DNA of 58,823 bases, from contig CAZZIQ010000001.1 in the NCBI GenBank assembly GCA_964654355.1, positions 1-58,823 of the forward strand. The letters are read 5' to 3'. Origin of the DNA: an uncultured Piscirickettsiaceae bacterium. GTDB lineage: Bacteria; Pseudomonadota; Gammaproteobacteria; GCF-002020875. The position numbers and the translations under genes are program-made. Below the pieces are notes generated by a model. It had not been told where the DNA came from, ran no database searches, and saw only the letters and a list, made by a program, of their open reading frames with translations. Positions 1-10,849 of this stretch are shown here, one piece after another; within the stretch, counting starts at the first letter, position 1; each line of letters starts with the position of its first letter.

Positions 1-24
1 GTTCAAATCCTGCCCCCGCTACCA
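1..24 (+). tRNA. 3' end of a tRNA cut by the window edge, probably initiator tRNA-Met (metY-like)
   Basis: GTTCAAATCC (T-loop/T-stem) is followed by the acceptor strand CCCCGCT, then A, then CCA. This is nearly identical to the E. coli tRNA-fMet 3' end as I remember it. It lies directly upstream of rimP-nusA-infB, as metY does in E. coli. The anticodon is outside the window, so the isotype is inferred. Confidence 0.65.
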
Positions 25-125
25 ACACAGCTTTTTGCTGGCCCCGATTCCGGGGTCTTTTGCTTTTTTTACACCAGAAATGGTCAAGCAAAGGTCCGGG
101 ATGAGGAAGCAAAAAGAACGAGATC

Positions 126-146
126 GGGGCCTTTGGCCCCTTTTTT
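126..146 (+). terminator. Rho-independent terminator after the tRNA
   Basis: GGGGCC (126-131), loop TTT, GGCCCC (135-140), then TTTTTT (141-146). Confidence 0.7.
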
Positions 147-205
147 GTGGGTTTTATTTTTGCCTGTTGTGCAGGCTGTTGTTTAGCCAAGAGGAGCGCG
201 AGCGC

Positions 206-664
206 GTGGCGATTGCCAGTCCACAAGTTGATGACGTGATTCGTCCCGTGGTGGAAGGCATGGGCTTCGAGTATGTCGGCGCTGAACAGGCGCAGCAGGG
301 GCAGCAGCAGTTGTTGCGGGTCTATATCGACAAGCCGGCAGGTATTGATATTGATGATTGCGCGCAGGTGAGTCATCAGCTCAGTGGTGCACTGGACGTT
401 GCTGACCCGATTCGTGGCGACTACACCCTTGAGGTGTCTTCACCGGGGATGGACCGCCCGCTGTTCAGTTTGTTGCATTACGGCCGGTATGCGGGTGTGC
501 GCGCCAAGTTGCGTTTACATCGACCTGTAGATGGACAGCGTAACTTCCAAGGCGAGTTGTTGGGTGTGGACGATGGGTATATCGGCATTCTCGACGACAC
601 CCGTGGTGAGATTTGGTTGGATTGGGCGGATGTTGAGCGTGGTCGCTTGCAGCCTGATTTTTAA
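206..664 (+). CDS. rimP: Ribosome maturation factor RimP
   Basis: The product VAIASPQVDDVIRPVVEGMGFEYVG...LEVSSPGMDRPL is RimP-like and sits upstream of nusA. The tracked ORF starts at 35, but that extension runs through the terminator hairpin at 126-146. The in-frame GTG at 206 gives a typical ~152 aa protein. Confidence 0.85.
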   Translation: MAIASPQVDDVIRPVVEGMGFEYVGAEQAQQGQQQLLRVYIDKPAGIDIDDCAQVSHQLSGALDVADPIRGDYTLEVSSPGMDRPLFSLLHYGRYAGVRAKLRLHRPVDGQRNFQGELLGVDDGYIGILDDTRGEIWLDWADVERGRLQPDF

Positions 665-730
665 GTTTTTTCGCGCAATGTACAGCATTGCATTCCGGGG
701 CCTAGCCTCGTTTGGGAGAGAGTCAGAGCA

Positions 731-2257
731 ATGAGCAAGGAAATCCTTCAAGTTGTGGAGGCGGTTTCCAACGAACGCGGTGTCAGTCGAGAGGATATTT
801 TTGAAGCTCTCGAAGCGGCACTGGCGATGGCAGCCAAAAAGCGTCACGCAGAAGATATCGAGGCGCGGGTTGCGATTGATCGTAAGACCGGCGACTACGA
901 AACCTTCCGCGTGTGGGAGATCCTCGATGGCGATGAGCCGGGTATCGAGATGGAAAACCCGGATGCGCAACTTTGGCTGATTGACGCCAAGGATGAGCGT
1001 GCTGATGCGCAGGCTGGCGAGACCATCGAAGAGCAGATTGAAAACGTCGAGTTTGGTCGAATTGCAGCGCAGGCCGCAAAGCAAGTGATCGTGCAGAAAG
1101 TGCGCGAAGCCGAGCGCGCCAAGGTGGTTGAAGAATACCAACCGCGTATCGGTGAGTTGCTCTCCGGGATCGTCAAGCGTGTTGAGCGTGGTAGTGCAAC
1201 CATCGATATCGGTGGCGGCATTGAAGCCATTGTTCCGCGGGAACACATGATTCCGCGCGATTCCATTCGTGCTGGTGATCGCCTGCGTGGATATTTATTT
1301 GATGTGCGTGCAGACGTGCGCGGCCCGATGTTGTTCTTGTCACGTACGCGCCCGGAGCTTCTTATCGAGCTATTCCGGATTGAAGTTCCGGAAATCGGTG
1401 AAGGCCTGATCGAGTTGCTTGCTGCGGCACGTGATCCTGGTTCGCGCGCCAAGATTGCAGTGCGTAGCCATGATCGTCGCATTGATCCGGTGGGTGCATG
1501 CGTCGGTATGCGTGGTTCACGTGTACAGGCGGTTTCCAATGAGCTGGCTGGCGAGCGTGTCGACATCATCATGTGGGACGACAACCCCGCGCAGTTCGTG
1601 ATTAATGCAATGGCGCCGGCCGAGGTCGCTTCCATCGTGATGGATGAAGACTCGCACAGCATGGACCTCGCTGTTGCAGAAGATCAGCTGTCAAAGGCAA
1701 TTGGTCGCGGCGGTCAGAACGTTCGACTCGCAAGTGAGTTGAGTGGTTGGACGCTCAATGTGATGAGCGAAGAGGACTTCGAAGCGAAGACCGAAGCAGA
1801 AACGGCTGATCTGCAGCGTACCTTTATGCAGGCGCTGGATGTGGATGAAGATGTTGCCTTGATTCTGGTTCAAGAAGGCTTCTCTAGTATTGAAGAAGTC
1901 GCCTATGTGCCGGAAGAAGAAATGGTGCAGATCGATGAGTTCGACGCTGACATCGTCAAAGAGCTGCGCGATCGTGCACGCGATGTGTTGTTGACTCAGG
2001 CGATTGCACAGGAAGAAAAGCTTGAAGGCGCGCAGCCAGCGGATGATCTGCTCAACATGGAAGGCATGGATGAGCGTACAGCTTTCATATTGTCTGCGAA
2101 TGGTATCGTGACGCGCGAAGATCTAGCGGAACAAGCGACCGATGATCTGATGGATATCGAAGACTTGGCCGAGCTGGGTGAAGAGCGCGCATCCGCGTTG
2201 ATCATGAAAGCGCGCGAAATCTGGTTCGAAGAATCTGAGGAAGCCGGCGCGAAGTAA
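731..2257 (+). CDS. nusA: Transcription termination/antitermination factor NusA
   Basis: 508 aa. It has S1/KH-type sequence (GRGGQNVRLAS) and an acidic C-terminal repeat region, and sits in the conserved rimP-nusA-infB order. Confidence 0.95.
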   Translation: MSKEILQVVEAVSNERGVSREDIFEALEAALAMAAKKRHAEDIEARVAIDRKTGDYETFRVWEILDGDEPGIEMENPDAQLWLIDAKDERADAQAGETIEEQIENVEFGRIAAQAAKQVIVQKVREAERAKVVEEYQPRIGELLSGIVKRVERGSATIDIGGGIEAIVPREHMIPRDSIRAGDRLRGYLFDVRADVRGPMLFLSRTRPELLIELFRIEVPEIGEGLIELLAAARDPGSRAKIAVRSHDRRIDPVGACVGMRGSRVQAVSNELAGERVDIIMWDDNPAQFVINAMAPAEVASIVMDEDSHSMDLAVAEDQLSKAIGRGGQNVRLASELSGWTLNVMSEEDFEAKTEAETADLQRTFMQALDVDEDVALILVQEGFSSIEEVAYVPEEEMVQIDEFDADIVKELRDRARDVLLTQAIAQEEKLEGAQPADDLLNMEGMDERTAFILSANGIVTREDLAEQATDDLMDIEDLAELGEERASALIMKAREIWFEESEEAGAK

Positions 2258-2278
2258 CGCGTCCGGGAGGGAACAGGC

Positions 2279-4810
2279 ATGTCAGAGGTTACGGTTAAAC
2301 AGCTTGCCGAGGTCGTCGGGACGCCCGTCGATCGTCTGCTCGAGCAGCTCGAGCGGGCGGGTGTGGACAAGCGCAGCCCCGATGATGCGGTGTCTGACAC
2401 GGAAAAACAGACCCTACTGAAATATTTGCGTGAAAGTCATGGTGAGGGTGATGCGCCGAAAGCGGGTGGTCGCAAGATTACGCTGAAGCGCAAAACCACG
2501 ACGACGTTGAAGACTGGTGCAACCGGGGCTGCAGCACGCAGTGTGAATGTTGAAGTGCGTCGCAAGCGTACGGTCGTCAAGCCGGGTGAATCTGTTGCTA
2601 AAGCAGAGGAAGTAGGCAAGCCGGAAGATTTGCGTGCCAATCTTGAAGCCGATCGTGCCAAGCGTGAAGCTGAGCAAGCTGAGCAGGCGCGTCTGGAAGA
2701 AGAGCGTCGCCGCCTGATGGAAGAGCGTCGCGAACAAGAGGCGCGTGAAAAAGAAGAAGCACGTAAGCGCGAAGAAGAGGCGCTGAAGAAGGCAGCTGAA
2801 GACGCTAAGCGTGCAGAAGCGGATCGTCAACAGGCGCCGGCTGCACGCGCAGATAAGCCGGGCGCGCGTCCCGGTAAGAAGGGTCGTGAGCGCAGCGATG
2901 ACAGTCGTGAAACGCGTTATGGCCGTAAGGAATTACATGTAGAGGCAGGCGATCGGCGTAAGCGTTCGAAGAAGACCTCACGCCGTTCACAGCCTGCGCA
3001 AACCGGTTCAGGTGAGCATGGCTTCACCATGCCGACTGCGCCGGTCGTGCGCGATGTTGAAATCCCGGAAAGTGTCACGGTCGGTGCGCTCGCGCAGAAG
3101 ATGTCGGTGAAGGCGGGTGAAGTAATTAAGGCCATGATGCGCATGGGTAGCATGGTGACGATCAATGAAACCTTGGACCAGGACACGGCTTCGATTGTGG
3201 TCGAAGAAATGGGCCATAAGCCAGTGCTGATTCAGGAGGGTGCGGTTGAGCAGGAAGTGCTCGCCGCTATGAAGGCCGCTGAAGGCGAAGGTATTCCACG
3301 TTCAGCGGTGGTCACCATCATGGGCCACGTTGACCATGGTAAGACCTCGTTGCTGGATTACATTCGCAAAGCCAAGGTTGCATCAGGTGAAGCGGGTGGG
3401 ATCACTCAGCATATCGGTGCCTATCAAGTGCATACCGATCATGGTGAGATCACCTTCCTTGATACCCCGGGCCACGCTGCGTTCACGGCAATGCGTGCAC
3501 GTGGTGCCAAGGTTACGGACATCGTGATTCTTGTCGTTGCCGCCGACGATGGCGTGATGCCACAGACCTTGGAGGCAGTACAACATGCTAAGGCCGGTGA
3601 TGTGCCGTTGATTATTGCGGTAAACAAGATTGATAAGCCGGATGCTGACCCGGAGCGCGTACGTTCTGAGTTGGCACAGCATGATGTGATTTCGGAAGAG
3701 TGGGGTGGTGGCACACAGTTTGTGAACGTTTCCGCGCATACCGGTGAAGGCGTCGACACGCTGTTGGATGCCATTTTGTTGCAAGCCGAAGTTTTGGAAT
3801 TGCGCGCAGTTTCTGATGCGCCTGCGCAAGGCAGTGTTATTGAGGCGCGCGTTGACAAGGGGCGTGGTGTAGTTGCCAGTGTCATCATTCAGTCTGGCAC
3901 CTTGCGTAAGGGCGACATGCTCCTGGCCGGCCGCGAGTACGGTCGAGTGCGTTCGATGATGAACGAACGTGGTGAGATGCTGGAATCGGCAGGTCCATCA
4001 ACGCCGGTTGAAGTGCTTGGTTTGTCCGGAGCACCTGAAGCTGGTGACGAAGCAATCGTGGTTGAGAACGAGCGAAAGGCGAAGGAGATCGCTGAATACC
4101 GCCAGGCAAAATATCGCGATCTCAAATTGGCGCGGCAGAAGCAGGCCACGCTGGAACGCATGTTTGACCAGATGGGCAGTGAAGCCAGCGCTGAAGCTAA
4201 GGCGGTTAATGTTGTTATCAAGGCCGATGTCCATGGTTCTGCAGAGGCGATTTCTGAGTCGTTACAGAAGCTCTCAACAGATGAGGTCAAGGTTTCGGTT
4301 GTGTCCTCCGGCGTTGGCGGGATCAACGAATCCGATGTGAATTTGGCAATTGCATCTAACGCAATGTTGATTGGTTTTAACGTGCGTGCAGATGCGACGG
4401 CGAAGAAACTCATCGAACGCGAAGAAGTGCCGTTGCATTACTACAGCATCATCTATGAATTGATTGATGATATTCGTGGCGCGATGTCCGGTCTCCTAGA
4501 GCCAGAGTTCAAGGAAGAAATTATTGGTCTGGCTGAAGTGCGCGATGTATTCCGTTCGCCGAAGTTTGGTGCCGTCGCCGGCTGTATGGTCGTGGATGGG
4601 ACGGTCAAGCGTAGCAACCCGATTCGTGTGCTGCGTGACAATGTCGTGATTTACGAAGGTGAGTTGGAGTCACTGCGTCGCTTCAAGGATGACGTTAGCG
4701 AAGTTCGTTCCGGTACCGAGTGTGGTATTGCGGTGAAGAACTACAACGACGTCAAACCAGGCGACCAGATCGAGGTCTACGAGCGCACGCAGGTGAAGCG
4801 TCAGATCTAA
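2279..4810 (+). CDS. infB: Translation initiation factor IF-2
   Basis: 843 aa. It has a K/E/R/A-rich N-terminal region and the GTPase motifs [17 protein letters not shown] and NKID. A GGGAGGG Shine-Dalgarno lies upstream of the ATG. Confidence 0.97.
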   Translation: MSEVTVKQLAEVVGTPVDRLLEQLERAGVDKRSPDDAVSDTEKQTLLKYLRESHGEGDAPKAGGRKITLKRKTTTTLKTGATGAAARSVNVEVRRKRTVVKPGESVAKAEEVGKPEDLRANLEADRAKREAEQAEQARLEEERRRLMEERREQEAREKEEARKREEEALKKAAEDAKRAEADRQQAPAARADKPGARPGKKGRERSDDSRETRYGRKELHVEAGDRRKRSKKTSRRSQPAQTGSGEHGFTMPTAPVVRDVEIPESVTVGALAQKMSVKAGEVIKAMMRMGSMVTINETLDQDTASIVVEEMGHKPVLIQEGAVEQEVLAAMKAAEGEGIPRSAVVTIMGHVDHGKTSLLDYIRKAKVASGEAGGITQHIGAYQVHTDHGEITFLDTPGHAAFTAMRARGAKVTDIVILVVAADDGVMPQTLEAVQHAKAGDVPLIIAVNKIDKPDADPERVRSELAQHDVISEEWGGGTQFVNVSAHTGEGVDTLLDAILLQAEVLELRAVSDAPAQGSVIEARVDKGRGVVASVIIQSGTLRKGDMLLAGREYGRVRSMMNERGEMLESAGPSTPVEVLGLSGAPEAGDEAIVVENERKAKEIAEYRQAKYRDLKLARQKQATLERMFDQMGSEASAEAKAVNVVIKADVHGSAEAISESLQKLSTDEVKVSVVSSGVGGINESDVNLAIASNAMLIGFNVRADATAKKLIEREEVPLHYYSIIYELIDDIRGAMSGLLEPEFKEEIIGLAEVRDVFRSPKFGAVAGCMVVDGTVKRSNPIRVLRDNVVIYEGELESLRRFKDDVSEVRSGTECGIAVKNYNDVKPGDQIEVYERTQVKRQI

Positions 4811-4828
4811 TCTACATTCCTGATCGTC

Positions 4829-5227
4829 ATGCATTCCTCATCAACGCGTACGCGCCGGATTGCGGAGCAGGTGCGGCGTGAGTTAGCGCTGCAATTGCAG
4901 CGTAATTTTGTGTCGCCTTTGCTGAGCCGGATCACTTTTACTGCGGTAAAAATCTCTGCTGATCTCTCCGTGGCGCGCGTGTATTACACGGTGCTGGGTG
5001 CCGAGTCCGAAGCAGACAAGCCATTGCAGCAAGAAGCAGGTGATGCGCTGCGTGATATTACGCATGAGTTGCGCCATGCCTGTGCGCAGAGTCTGCGCCT
5101 ACGTAAATCCCCTTTACTCACCTTTGTGCATGATGACTCGGTTGCCTATGGCAGCCGCATGGATCACCTCTTGCGTGATTTGGTGCAGGACGAAACAAAC
5201 GACTCGCAAGGTTCCGAAGACGCATGA
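4829..5227 (+). CDS. rbfA: Ribosome-binding factor A
   Basis: 132 aa with RIAEQVRRELA... typical of RbfA. It lies between infB and truB. Confidence 0.9.
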   Translation: MHSSSTRTRRIAEQVRRELALQLQRNFVSPLLSRITFTAVKISADLSVARVYYTVLGAESEADKPLQQEAGDALRDITHELRHACAQSLRLRKSPLLTFVHDDSVAYGSRMDHLLRDLVQDETNDSQGSEDA

Positions 5228-6153
5228 GTCGTCGTAAGCGCCGAGGCCGTCCCATTGACGGCATTCTTTTGTTGGATAAGCCACTGGGTTTGAGTTCGAA
5301 CCAGGCCTTACAGCAGGTCAAGCGTCTTTACCAAGCAGCAAAAGCAGGTCATACCGGCAGTCTCGATCCGCTCGCTACGGGCGTCTTGCCGATTTGTTTT
5401 GGCGAGGCGACCAAGTTCAGTAGTTATCTTCTCGATGCGGATAAGTCGTATCGCGCTACCTGCCGCTTGGGGATGCGCTCGACCACTGGCGATGCTGAGG
5501 GTGAGGTAATCGAGCAATGCGACCCATCACATCTGACGCAAGCCGACTTGGATCAAGTGCTTGCGCAATTTCGTGGCGAGATTGCGCAAATCCCGCCGAT
5601 GCATTCCGCCGTTAAGAAAGATGGACAGCCCTTGTATAAGTTGGCGCGCAAGGGCGTCGAGGTCGAGCGAGAGGCCCGCGAAGTGACAATCTACGCGCTC
5701 GAGCAGATTTCCTGGCAGGGTGCGGAGTGGGCTCTGGATGTGCGCTGTTCCAAGGGCACCTACATTCGAACCCTGGTCGAGGACATTGGCCATGCCTTAG
5801 GTGTCGGTGCGTATTTAACGGCATTGCGGCGGACCCATGTGGCGGGTTTAGAGGGTGAGATGGTTCCGTTTGCACAACTGGAAGCTTGGGTGGGTGCGAA
5901 GGCCTTCGCTGAGATGGACGCAGCTTTGTTGCCAGTCGATCAAGCGTTGCTGCATTTCCCGGCGCTGAGTCTAGATGCCGATAGTAGTTTTTATCTGCGT
6001 CAGGGCCAGGCCATGCGGGTGGACGGCGCCCCGACCCATGGCAGTGTGCGTCTCTACGACGCCACAGGCTGTTTTTTTGGACTGGGCCGCATTGATCGCG
6101 AAGGGCGGGTTGCGCCGCAGCGCCTGCGTGCTCAAGACGCTGATCAAGATTGA
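5224..6153 (+). CDS. truB: tRNA pseudouridine-55 synthase TruB
   Basis: GILLLDKPLGLSSN and GHTGSLDPLATGVLPI (catalytic Asp motif). The start overlaps the rbfA stop in an ATGA. Confidence 0.95.
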   Translation: MSRRKRRGRPIDGILLLDKPLGLSSNQALQQVKRLYQAAKAGHTGSLDPLATGVLPICFGEATKFSSYLLDADKSYRATCRLGMRSTTGDAEGEVIEQCDPSHLTQADLDQVLAQFRGEIAQIPPMHSAVKKDGQPLYKLARKGVEVEREAREVTIYALEQISWQGAEWALDVRCSKGTYIRTLVEDIGHALGVGAYLTALRRTHVAGLEGEMVPFAQLEAWVGAKAFAEMDAALLPVDQALLHFPALSLDADSSFYLRQGQAMRVDGAPTHGSVRLYDATGCFFGLGRIDREGRVAPQRLRAQDADQD

Positions 6154-6172
6154 TCGGTAGATCGGTATATGG

Positions 6173-6201
6173 TTGTTCCGCCTACGGTGGCCCGCTAGAA
6201 T
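6173..6201 (+). promoter_or_regulatory. Candidate sigma-70 promoter for rpsO
   Basis: TTGTTC (6173-6178), a 17-nt spacer, then TAGAAT (6196-6201), about 115 nt upstream of the rpsO ATG. This is a sequence match only. Confidence 0.4.
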
Positions 6202-6315
6202 ACGCGCTCTTTTGGGGCTCAGGATCCGGTCCCCGCAGATGCGGGCAGGGACGGATCGCAGCGATCATTCGACTGCAAGGCCATGGTTCCGCACCACATT
6301 TGATTTGGAAACAAC

Positions 6316-6582
6316 ATGATTACTCTAGAACAGAAGAAAGACATTCTGGGCAAGTTTGGCCGCGGCGACCGCGACACCGGCTCTCCCGAAGTGCAGGTAG
6401 CTCTCCTGACTGCGCGCATTAATGACCTGACCGGTCACTTCAAAGCCAATAAGAAGGATCACCACTCTCGTCAGGGTCTGCTGCGCATGGTGAACCAGCG
6501 CCGTAAGCTGCTGGACTACCTCAATCGCAAAGATCATGGCCGCTACGTTCAGCTCATTGGTGAGCTGGGCCTGCGTCGCTAA
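6316..6582 (+). CDS. rpsO: 30S ribosomal protein S15
   Basis: 88 aa; [32 protein letters not shown] is unmistakably S15. Confidence 0.97.
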   Translation: MITLEQKKDILGKFGRGDRDTGSPEVQVALLTARINDLTGHFKANKKDHHSRQGLLRMVNQRRKLLDYLNRKDHGRYVQLIGELGLRR

Positions 6583-6596
6583 GTTCGACATATCGA

Positions 6597-6627
6597 CGGG
6601 CCGCCTTCGGGTGGCCCGTTTCATTTT
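6597..6627 (+). terminator. rpsO terminator / pnp leader hairpin
   Basis: CGGGCCGCC (6597-6605), loop TTCG, GGTGGCCCG (6610-6618, one G-U pair), then TTTCATTTT. In E. coli the rpsO-pnp spacer carries a terminator and an RNase III-processed hairpin. Confidence 0.65.
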
Positions 6628-6669
6628 CAGGCGCCGTGTCGGCGTAACTTCGACAGCTAGGATTTGACA

Positions 6670-8763
6670 GTGAATTCGATCAAGAAAAGCTTCCAGTTTG
6701 GTAACCAGACCGTCACCTTAGAAACCGGTGAGATTGCGCGTCAGGCCACAGGCGCAGTAGTGGTCACCATGGGTGAGACCGTTGTGCTCGTGACCGTTGT
6801 CGCAGAGAAGGATGCGCAAGAAGGCCGTGACTTCTTCCCGATGACCGTGAACTATCAAGAGAAGTTCTACGCTGTCGGCACCATTCCGGGTAGTTTCTTC
6901 CGTCGCGAAGGTCGTCCAAGTGAACGCGAAACCTTGATTTCACGCTTGATCGATCGTCCGTTGCGTCCGCTATTCCCGAAGGGCTTTACCAACGAAGTGC
7001 AGATTATTGCGACGGTAAAGTCTTATGACAAAGAAACTGACACTGAAATCCCGGCAATGATTGGTGCTTCTGCAGCCCTGGCGATTTCCGGTCTGCCGTT
7101 CAATGGTCCGATTGGCGCTGCACAGGTCGGTTATCGCAATGGCGAATACATTCTGAACCCGAGCATTAAAGACAAGAACAACACCGACCTGCTGTTGTCG
7201 GTGGCGGGTACCGAGGATGCGGTTCTGATGGTGGAATCTGAAGCCAACATGCTGTCGGAAGAGGTCATGTTGGGTGCGGTGCTGTTTGGTCATGAGCAAC
7301 TGCAGGTGGTGATTAAGGCGATTCGTGAGTTGGCGGCCGAAATTGGTAAGCCAGCATGGGAATGGACGCCGCCGGCTGAAGATACGGCGCTGGCTGATGC
7401 TGTGAAAGCAGCAGGCGAAGCCGCGCTGGTTGCGGGGTATCAGGTTGCGGACAAGATGGCGCGCTACAACCAGCTCGACGCTGCGCGTAAAGACATCGCT
7501 GCCAAGGTGGTGACTGCCGACGGCCCGTGGGATGAAGCGACCGTAATGGCCGCCATCCACAAGCTGGAAAAGAAGATTGTGCGTGGCCGCATTTTGGAAG
7601 CACAGCCGCGTATCGATGGTCGTGATAACGACACCGTGCGTCCGATTAGTGTGCGCACCGGCGTTTTGCCGCGTGCCCATGGCTCTGCCTTGTTCACCCG
7701 TGGTGAAACTCAGGCCTTGGTTGTGACCACGCTCGGCACCGAGCGTGATGCGCTGGTTGTGGATGCGCTGGAAGGTAAATCCACCGAGCGCTTCATGCTG
7801 CAGTACAACTTCCCGCCGTTCTCCGTTGGTGAGACTGGCCGTGTGGGTAGTCCGGGTCGTCGTGAAGTGGGGCATGGCAAGCTCGCTATGCGTGGCGTGC
7901 AAGCGGTGGTGCCGAAGGGTAATCAATTCCCCTACACCCTGCGTGTCGTTTCTGAGATTACCGAATCCAATGGGTCGAGCTCTATGGCCTCTGTGTGTGG
8001 CAGCTCGTTGTCCATGATGGACGCTGGTGTTCCGCTGAAGGCGCAGGTGGCAGGTATCGCGATGGGTCTGATTAAGGATGGCGATCAATTTGCGGTTCTA
8101 ACCGATATCCTCGGTGATGAAGATCACCTCGGTGATATGGACTTCAAGGTGGCGGGTTCTGAAAGTGGTGTAACTGCGTTGCAGATGGACATCAAGATTC
8201 AGGGTATTACCCGTGAAATTATGGAAATCGCCTTGGAAAAAGCCCGTGCTGCGCGCCTGTACATCTTGGGTGAAATGAACAAGGCGATTGCGGCGCCGCG
8301 ACAAGAAGTCTCTGCGCATGCACCACGCTTCATCACTATGAAGATTGATCCGGAGAAGATTCGTGATGTCATCGGTAAGGGTGGCGTTACTATTCGTTCC
8401 ATTCAGGAAGATACCGGAACCACCATCGAGATCGATGACGATGGCAACATCAAGATCGCTGCAACAGATTCGGTTGCCGGTGAAGCGGCGAAAAAGCGTG
8501 TTGAAGATATCGTGGCCGAAGTCGAAGTGGGCAAGATCTACGAAGGCAAGGTTGTGAAGTTGATGGACTTCGGTGCGTTTGTTTCGTTCCTGCCGGGCAA
8601 AGATGGTCTGGTGCACATCTCGCAGATTTCCAACGAGCGTGTGGAGAATGTGGGCGATCACCTCAATGTTGGTGACACCGTTAAGGTTAAGGTGCTGGAA
8701 GTCGACCGTCAGGGTCGTGTGCGCCTAAGCATGAAGGCGGTGCTCGAGGGCGAGGCTGCATAA
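6670..8763 (+). CDS. pnp: Polyribonucleotide nucleotidyltransferase (PNPase)
   Basis: Two RNase PH domains ([15 protein letters not shown]) followed by KH and S1 domains. The start is either TTG 6664, which is 1 nt after AGGA, or GTG 6670, which is 7 nt after AGGA and is preferred. Confidence 0.95.
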   Translation: MNSIKKSFQFGNQTVTLETGEIARQATGAVVVTMGETVVLVTVVAEKDAQEGRDFFPMTVNYQEKFYAVGTIPGSFFRREGRPSERETLISRLIDRPLRPLFPKGFTNEVQIIATVKSYDKETDTEIPAMIGASAALAISGLPFNGPIGAAQVGYRNGEYILNPSIKDKNNTDLLLSVAGTEDAVLMVESEANMLSEEVMLGAVLFGHEQLQVVIKAIRELAAEIGKPAWEWTPPAEDTALADAVKAAGEAALVAGYQVADKMARYNQLDAARKDIAAKVVTADGPWDEATVMAAIHKLEKKIVRGRILEAQPRIDGRDNDTVRPISVRTGVLPRAHGSALFTRGETQALVVTTLGTERDALVVDALEGKSTERFMLQYNFPPFSVGETGRVGSPGRREVGHGKLAMRGVQAVVPKGNQFPYTLRVVSEITESNGSSSMASVCGSSLSMMDAGVPLKAQVAGIAMGLIKDGDQFAVLTDILGDEDHLGDMDFKVAGSESGVTALQMDIKIQGITREIMEIALEKARAARLYILGEMNKAIAAPRQEVSAHAPRFITMKIDPEKIRDVIGKGGVTIRSIQEDTGTTIEIDDDGNIKIAATDSVAGEAAKKRVEDIVAEVEVGKIYEGKVVKLMDFGAFVSFLPGKDGLVHISQISNERVENVGDHLNVGDTVKVKVLEVDRQGRVRLSMKAVLEGEAA

Positions 8764-8783
8764 GCCCTTGGCTGATTGCGGCG

Positions 8784-8812
8784 AAAAAAGGGGGCCTTGG
8801 CCCCCTTTTTTT
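8784..8812 (+). terminator. Rho-independent terminator after pnp
   Basis: AAAAAA, then GGGGGCC (8790-8796), loop TT, GGCCCCC (8799-8805), then TTTTTTT (8806-8812). Confidence 0.8.
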
Positions 8813-8865
8813 GGTACTTTTCCCTTTGGTTTTTTCTGGTTTTCTCTAAAGGTTTCTTTGTCTTC

Positions 8866-9615
8866 ATGCACATCCTTGTGAGTAACGACGACGGTTATTT
8901 GGCTCCGGGCATTCGAGCGCTCGTGGATGCATTGCAGCCGTTGGCGGAGTGCACCGTGTTCGCGCCCGATCGCAATCGCAGCGGCGCAAGTAATTCCTTG
9001 ACGCTGGAACTGCCGGTGCGGCTCAGCCGTGCCGATAATGGCTTTTGGCGGGTGGAAGGAACCCCCACCGACTGTGTGCATCTCGCGATCACCGGCGTGT
9101 TGGATGAGGAGCCCGATTTGGTGGTTTCCGGCATCAATGCGGGCGCAAACTTAGGCGATGACGTGCTCTATTCCGGCACGGTTGCTGCCGCTCTTGAGGG
9201 CCGCTTCCTTGGTTTGCCTGCCATTGCTCTGTCGATGGCGTCGCATGATCCTCAGCATTACGCCACCGGAGCCAAGGTTGCTGCGCACTTGGTGCGCGGC
9301 ATGCGTGCGCAGCCACTCAAAGCCAACACGGTTTTAAACGTAAACATTCCGGATTTGCCATGGTCGCAGCTACGTGGTTTTCGGGCGACGCGTCTGGGCC
9401 ATCGGCATAAAGCCGAAGCGGCCGTGCCCATGCTGGATCCACGTGGCAAGACGGTATATTGGGTCGGCCCTGCCGGCGGTGAGCAAGATGCAGGCGAGGG
9501 CACTGACTTTCATGCGGTGCGTGAAGGTTGGGTCTCGGTGACGCCACTGCAAGCTGACCTCACCCATCATCGCTTGCTCGGTGATGTGGGTGGATGGCTG
9601 GAGAATCTTGCGTGA
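8866..9615 (+). CDS. surE: 5'/3'-nucleotidase SurE
   Basis: [11 protein letters not shown]... is the SurE N-terminal signature. The tracked ORF starts at 8776, but that extension covers the pnp terminator. The ATG at 8866 gives 249 aa. Confidence 0.93.
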   Translation: MHILVSNDDGYLAPGIRALVDALQPLAECTVFAPDRNRSGASNSLTLELPVRLSRADNGFWRVEGTPTDCVHLAITGVLDEEPDLVVSGINAGANLGDDVLYSGTVAAALEGRFLGLPAIALSMASHDPQHYATGAKVAAHLVRGMRAQPLKANTVLNVNIPDLPWSQLRGFRATRLGHRHKAEAAVPMLDPRGKTVYWVGPAGGEQDAGEGTDFHAVREGWVSVTPLQADLTHHRLLGDVGGWLENLA

Positions 9616-10265
9616 GTGGTTATGGCGTGACCTCACCGCGCATGCGTGAGCGCCTCGTAGAAGAGCTCGAGCAACAAGGCATTACCAGTCTCGATGTGTT
9701 GGATGCGATTCGCACGGTGCCGCGGCATGAGTTTGTCGAAGAAGCCCTGTGGCATCGGGCCTATGATAACGATGCTTTGCCCATCGGCCATGGCCAAACC
9801 ATTTCACAACCGTACATCGTTGCGCGCATGACCGAAGCCTTGCTGGGTGGGCGTCATGCGCTGGGTCGTGTGCTCGAAATTGGCACCGGCTCGGGTTATC
9901 AGGCTGCCATTCTGTCGCGGGTCGCGCGCGAGGTATTTTCGATTGAGCGCATTGATGCGCTGCATCAATTGGCGCGCCAGCGCTTTCAACAGCTCGGCAT
10001 TCGCAACGTGCGTTTGAAGCTGGATGATGGCCGGGTCGGTTGGCCCGACTTTGCACCCTATGACGGTATCTTGGTCACTGCCGCACCGCCGGGGGTGCCG
10101 CGCGCACTCGCTCAACAACTCAAAGAAGGGGGGCGTTTGATTGTGCCGGTCGGTAAGCAGGGCGCGACACAAGAGTTGGTTGAGGTGCGGCGTGAGGGTG
10201 ATGAGTTTCCGAGTCGAGTCTTGGAAGCTGTGCGCTTTGTGCCGCTGCGCGCCGGAACGCAATAG
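9612..10265 (+). CDS. pcm: Protein-L-isoaspartate O-methyltransferase
   Basis: [15 protein letters not shown]-binding motif and surE-pcm synteny. GTG 9612 forms a GTGA overlap with the surE stop and gives the N-terminus [14 protein letters not shown], typical of Pcm. ATG 9594 is the alternative start. Confidence 0.9.
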   Translation: MSGYGVTSPRMRERLVEELEQQGITSLDVLDAIRTVPRHEFVEEALWHRAYDNDALPIGHGQTISQPYIVARMTEALLGGRHALGRVLEIGTGSGYQAAILSRVAREVFSIERIDALHQLARQRFQQLGIRNVRLKLDDGRVGWPDFAPYDGILVTAAPPGVPRALAQQLKEGGRLIVPVGKQGATQELVEVRREGDEFPSRVLEAVRFVPLRAGTQ

Positions 10266-10267
10266 CC

Positions 10268-10849
10268 ATGGCGTTGTTTAGCACACTCTACAAACGCAGT
10301 TTGCAGTGGGCCCAGCATCGTCATGCTGAACGTTATTTGTTTGGTTTGAGCGTGGCGGAGTCGAGTTTCTTTCCAGTGCCACCGGATGTGATGTTGATTC
10401 CCATGACCTTAGCGCGTCCGCAGCGCGCATGGTGGCTGGCCTTGCTGACCACAATTGCCTCGGTGTTGGGTGGCGTGTTGGGGTGGCTGTTGGGTGTGTG
10501 GGCCTTGGAGGCTTTGCTGCCTTGGATTGAGCGCTTAGGGTATTTGCCTGCCTATGAATCTGCTGTGGCGGATTTCCGGCACTGGGGCATATGGATTGTG
10601 TTTCTCGCCGGCTTTACGCCAATTCCTTACAAGATTTTTACCATCACGGCGGGCAGCTTAGCGATGCCCTTATTGCCCTTTGTGTTGGCTTCAATGGTTG
10701 GCCGTGGCGGACGCTTTTTTTTGGTGGCGGCGCTGATGCGTTGGGGCGGCCCACGCATTGCAGCACTGGAAGAAGCGTGGATGGAGCGGATTGGCTGGTC
10801 GGTAGTCGTTTTGGCAATTGGCATTGGTATTGCGGTGGCAGCGACATGA
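10268..10849 (+). CDS. YqaA/DedA-related inner-membrane protein
   Basis: 193 aa and multi-pass hydrophobic, with SFFPVPPDVMLIPM and GFTPIPYKIFTITAG motifs as in the YqaA (COG1238) family. Confidence 0.7.
   Translation: MALFSTLYKRSLQWAQHRHAERYLFGLSVAESSFFPVPPDVMLIPMTLARPQRAWWLALLTTIASVLGGVLGWLLGVWALEALLPWIERLGYLPAYESAVADFRHWGIWIVFLAGFTPIPYKIFTITAGSLAMPLLPFVLASMVGRGGRFFLVAALMRWGGPRIAALEEAWMERIGWSVVVLAIGIGIAVAAT

Noticed and set aside
2640-2900. Repetitive K/E/R/A-rich coding stretch in infB, considered as a tandem DNA repeat.
   Set aside because: This is the low-complexity charged N-terminal region typical of IF-2. No exact nucleotide repeat unit is visible.
6970-8088. 372-aa ORF on the minus strand inside pnp. 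Similar long antisense ORFs lie at 515-1246 and 895-1662 (opposite nusA), 14967-15677 (thrC), 40184-40786 (lepA) and 43017-43646 (rnc/era).
   Set aside because: The plus-strand frames encode unmistakable conserved proteins. The antisense products are R/H/G-rich and low in complexity, as expected for shadow ORFs in GC-rich coding DNA.
126-8812. Two nearly identical hairpins, GGGGCC-TTT-GGCCCC (126-140) and GGGGGCC-TT-GGCCCCC (8790-8805), considered as copies of a REP/MITE-like repeat.
   Set aside because: There are only two copies. Each has a T-tract and sits exactly where an intrinsic terminator is expected (after the tRNA and after pnp). The flanking sequence is not shared.
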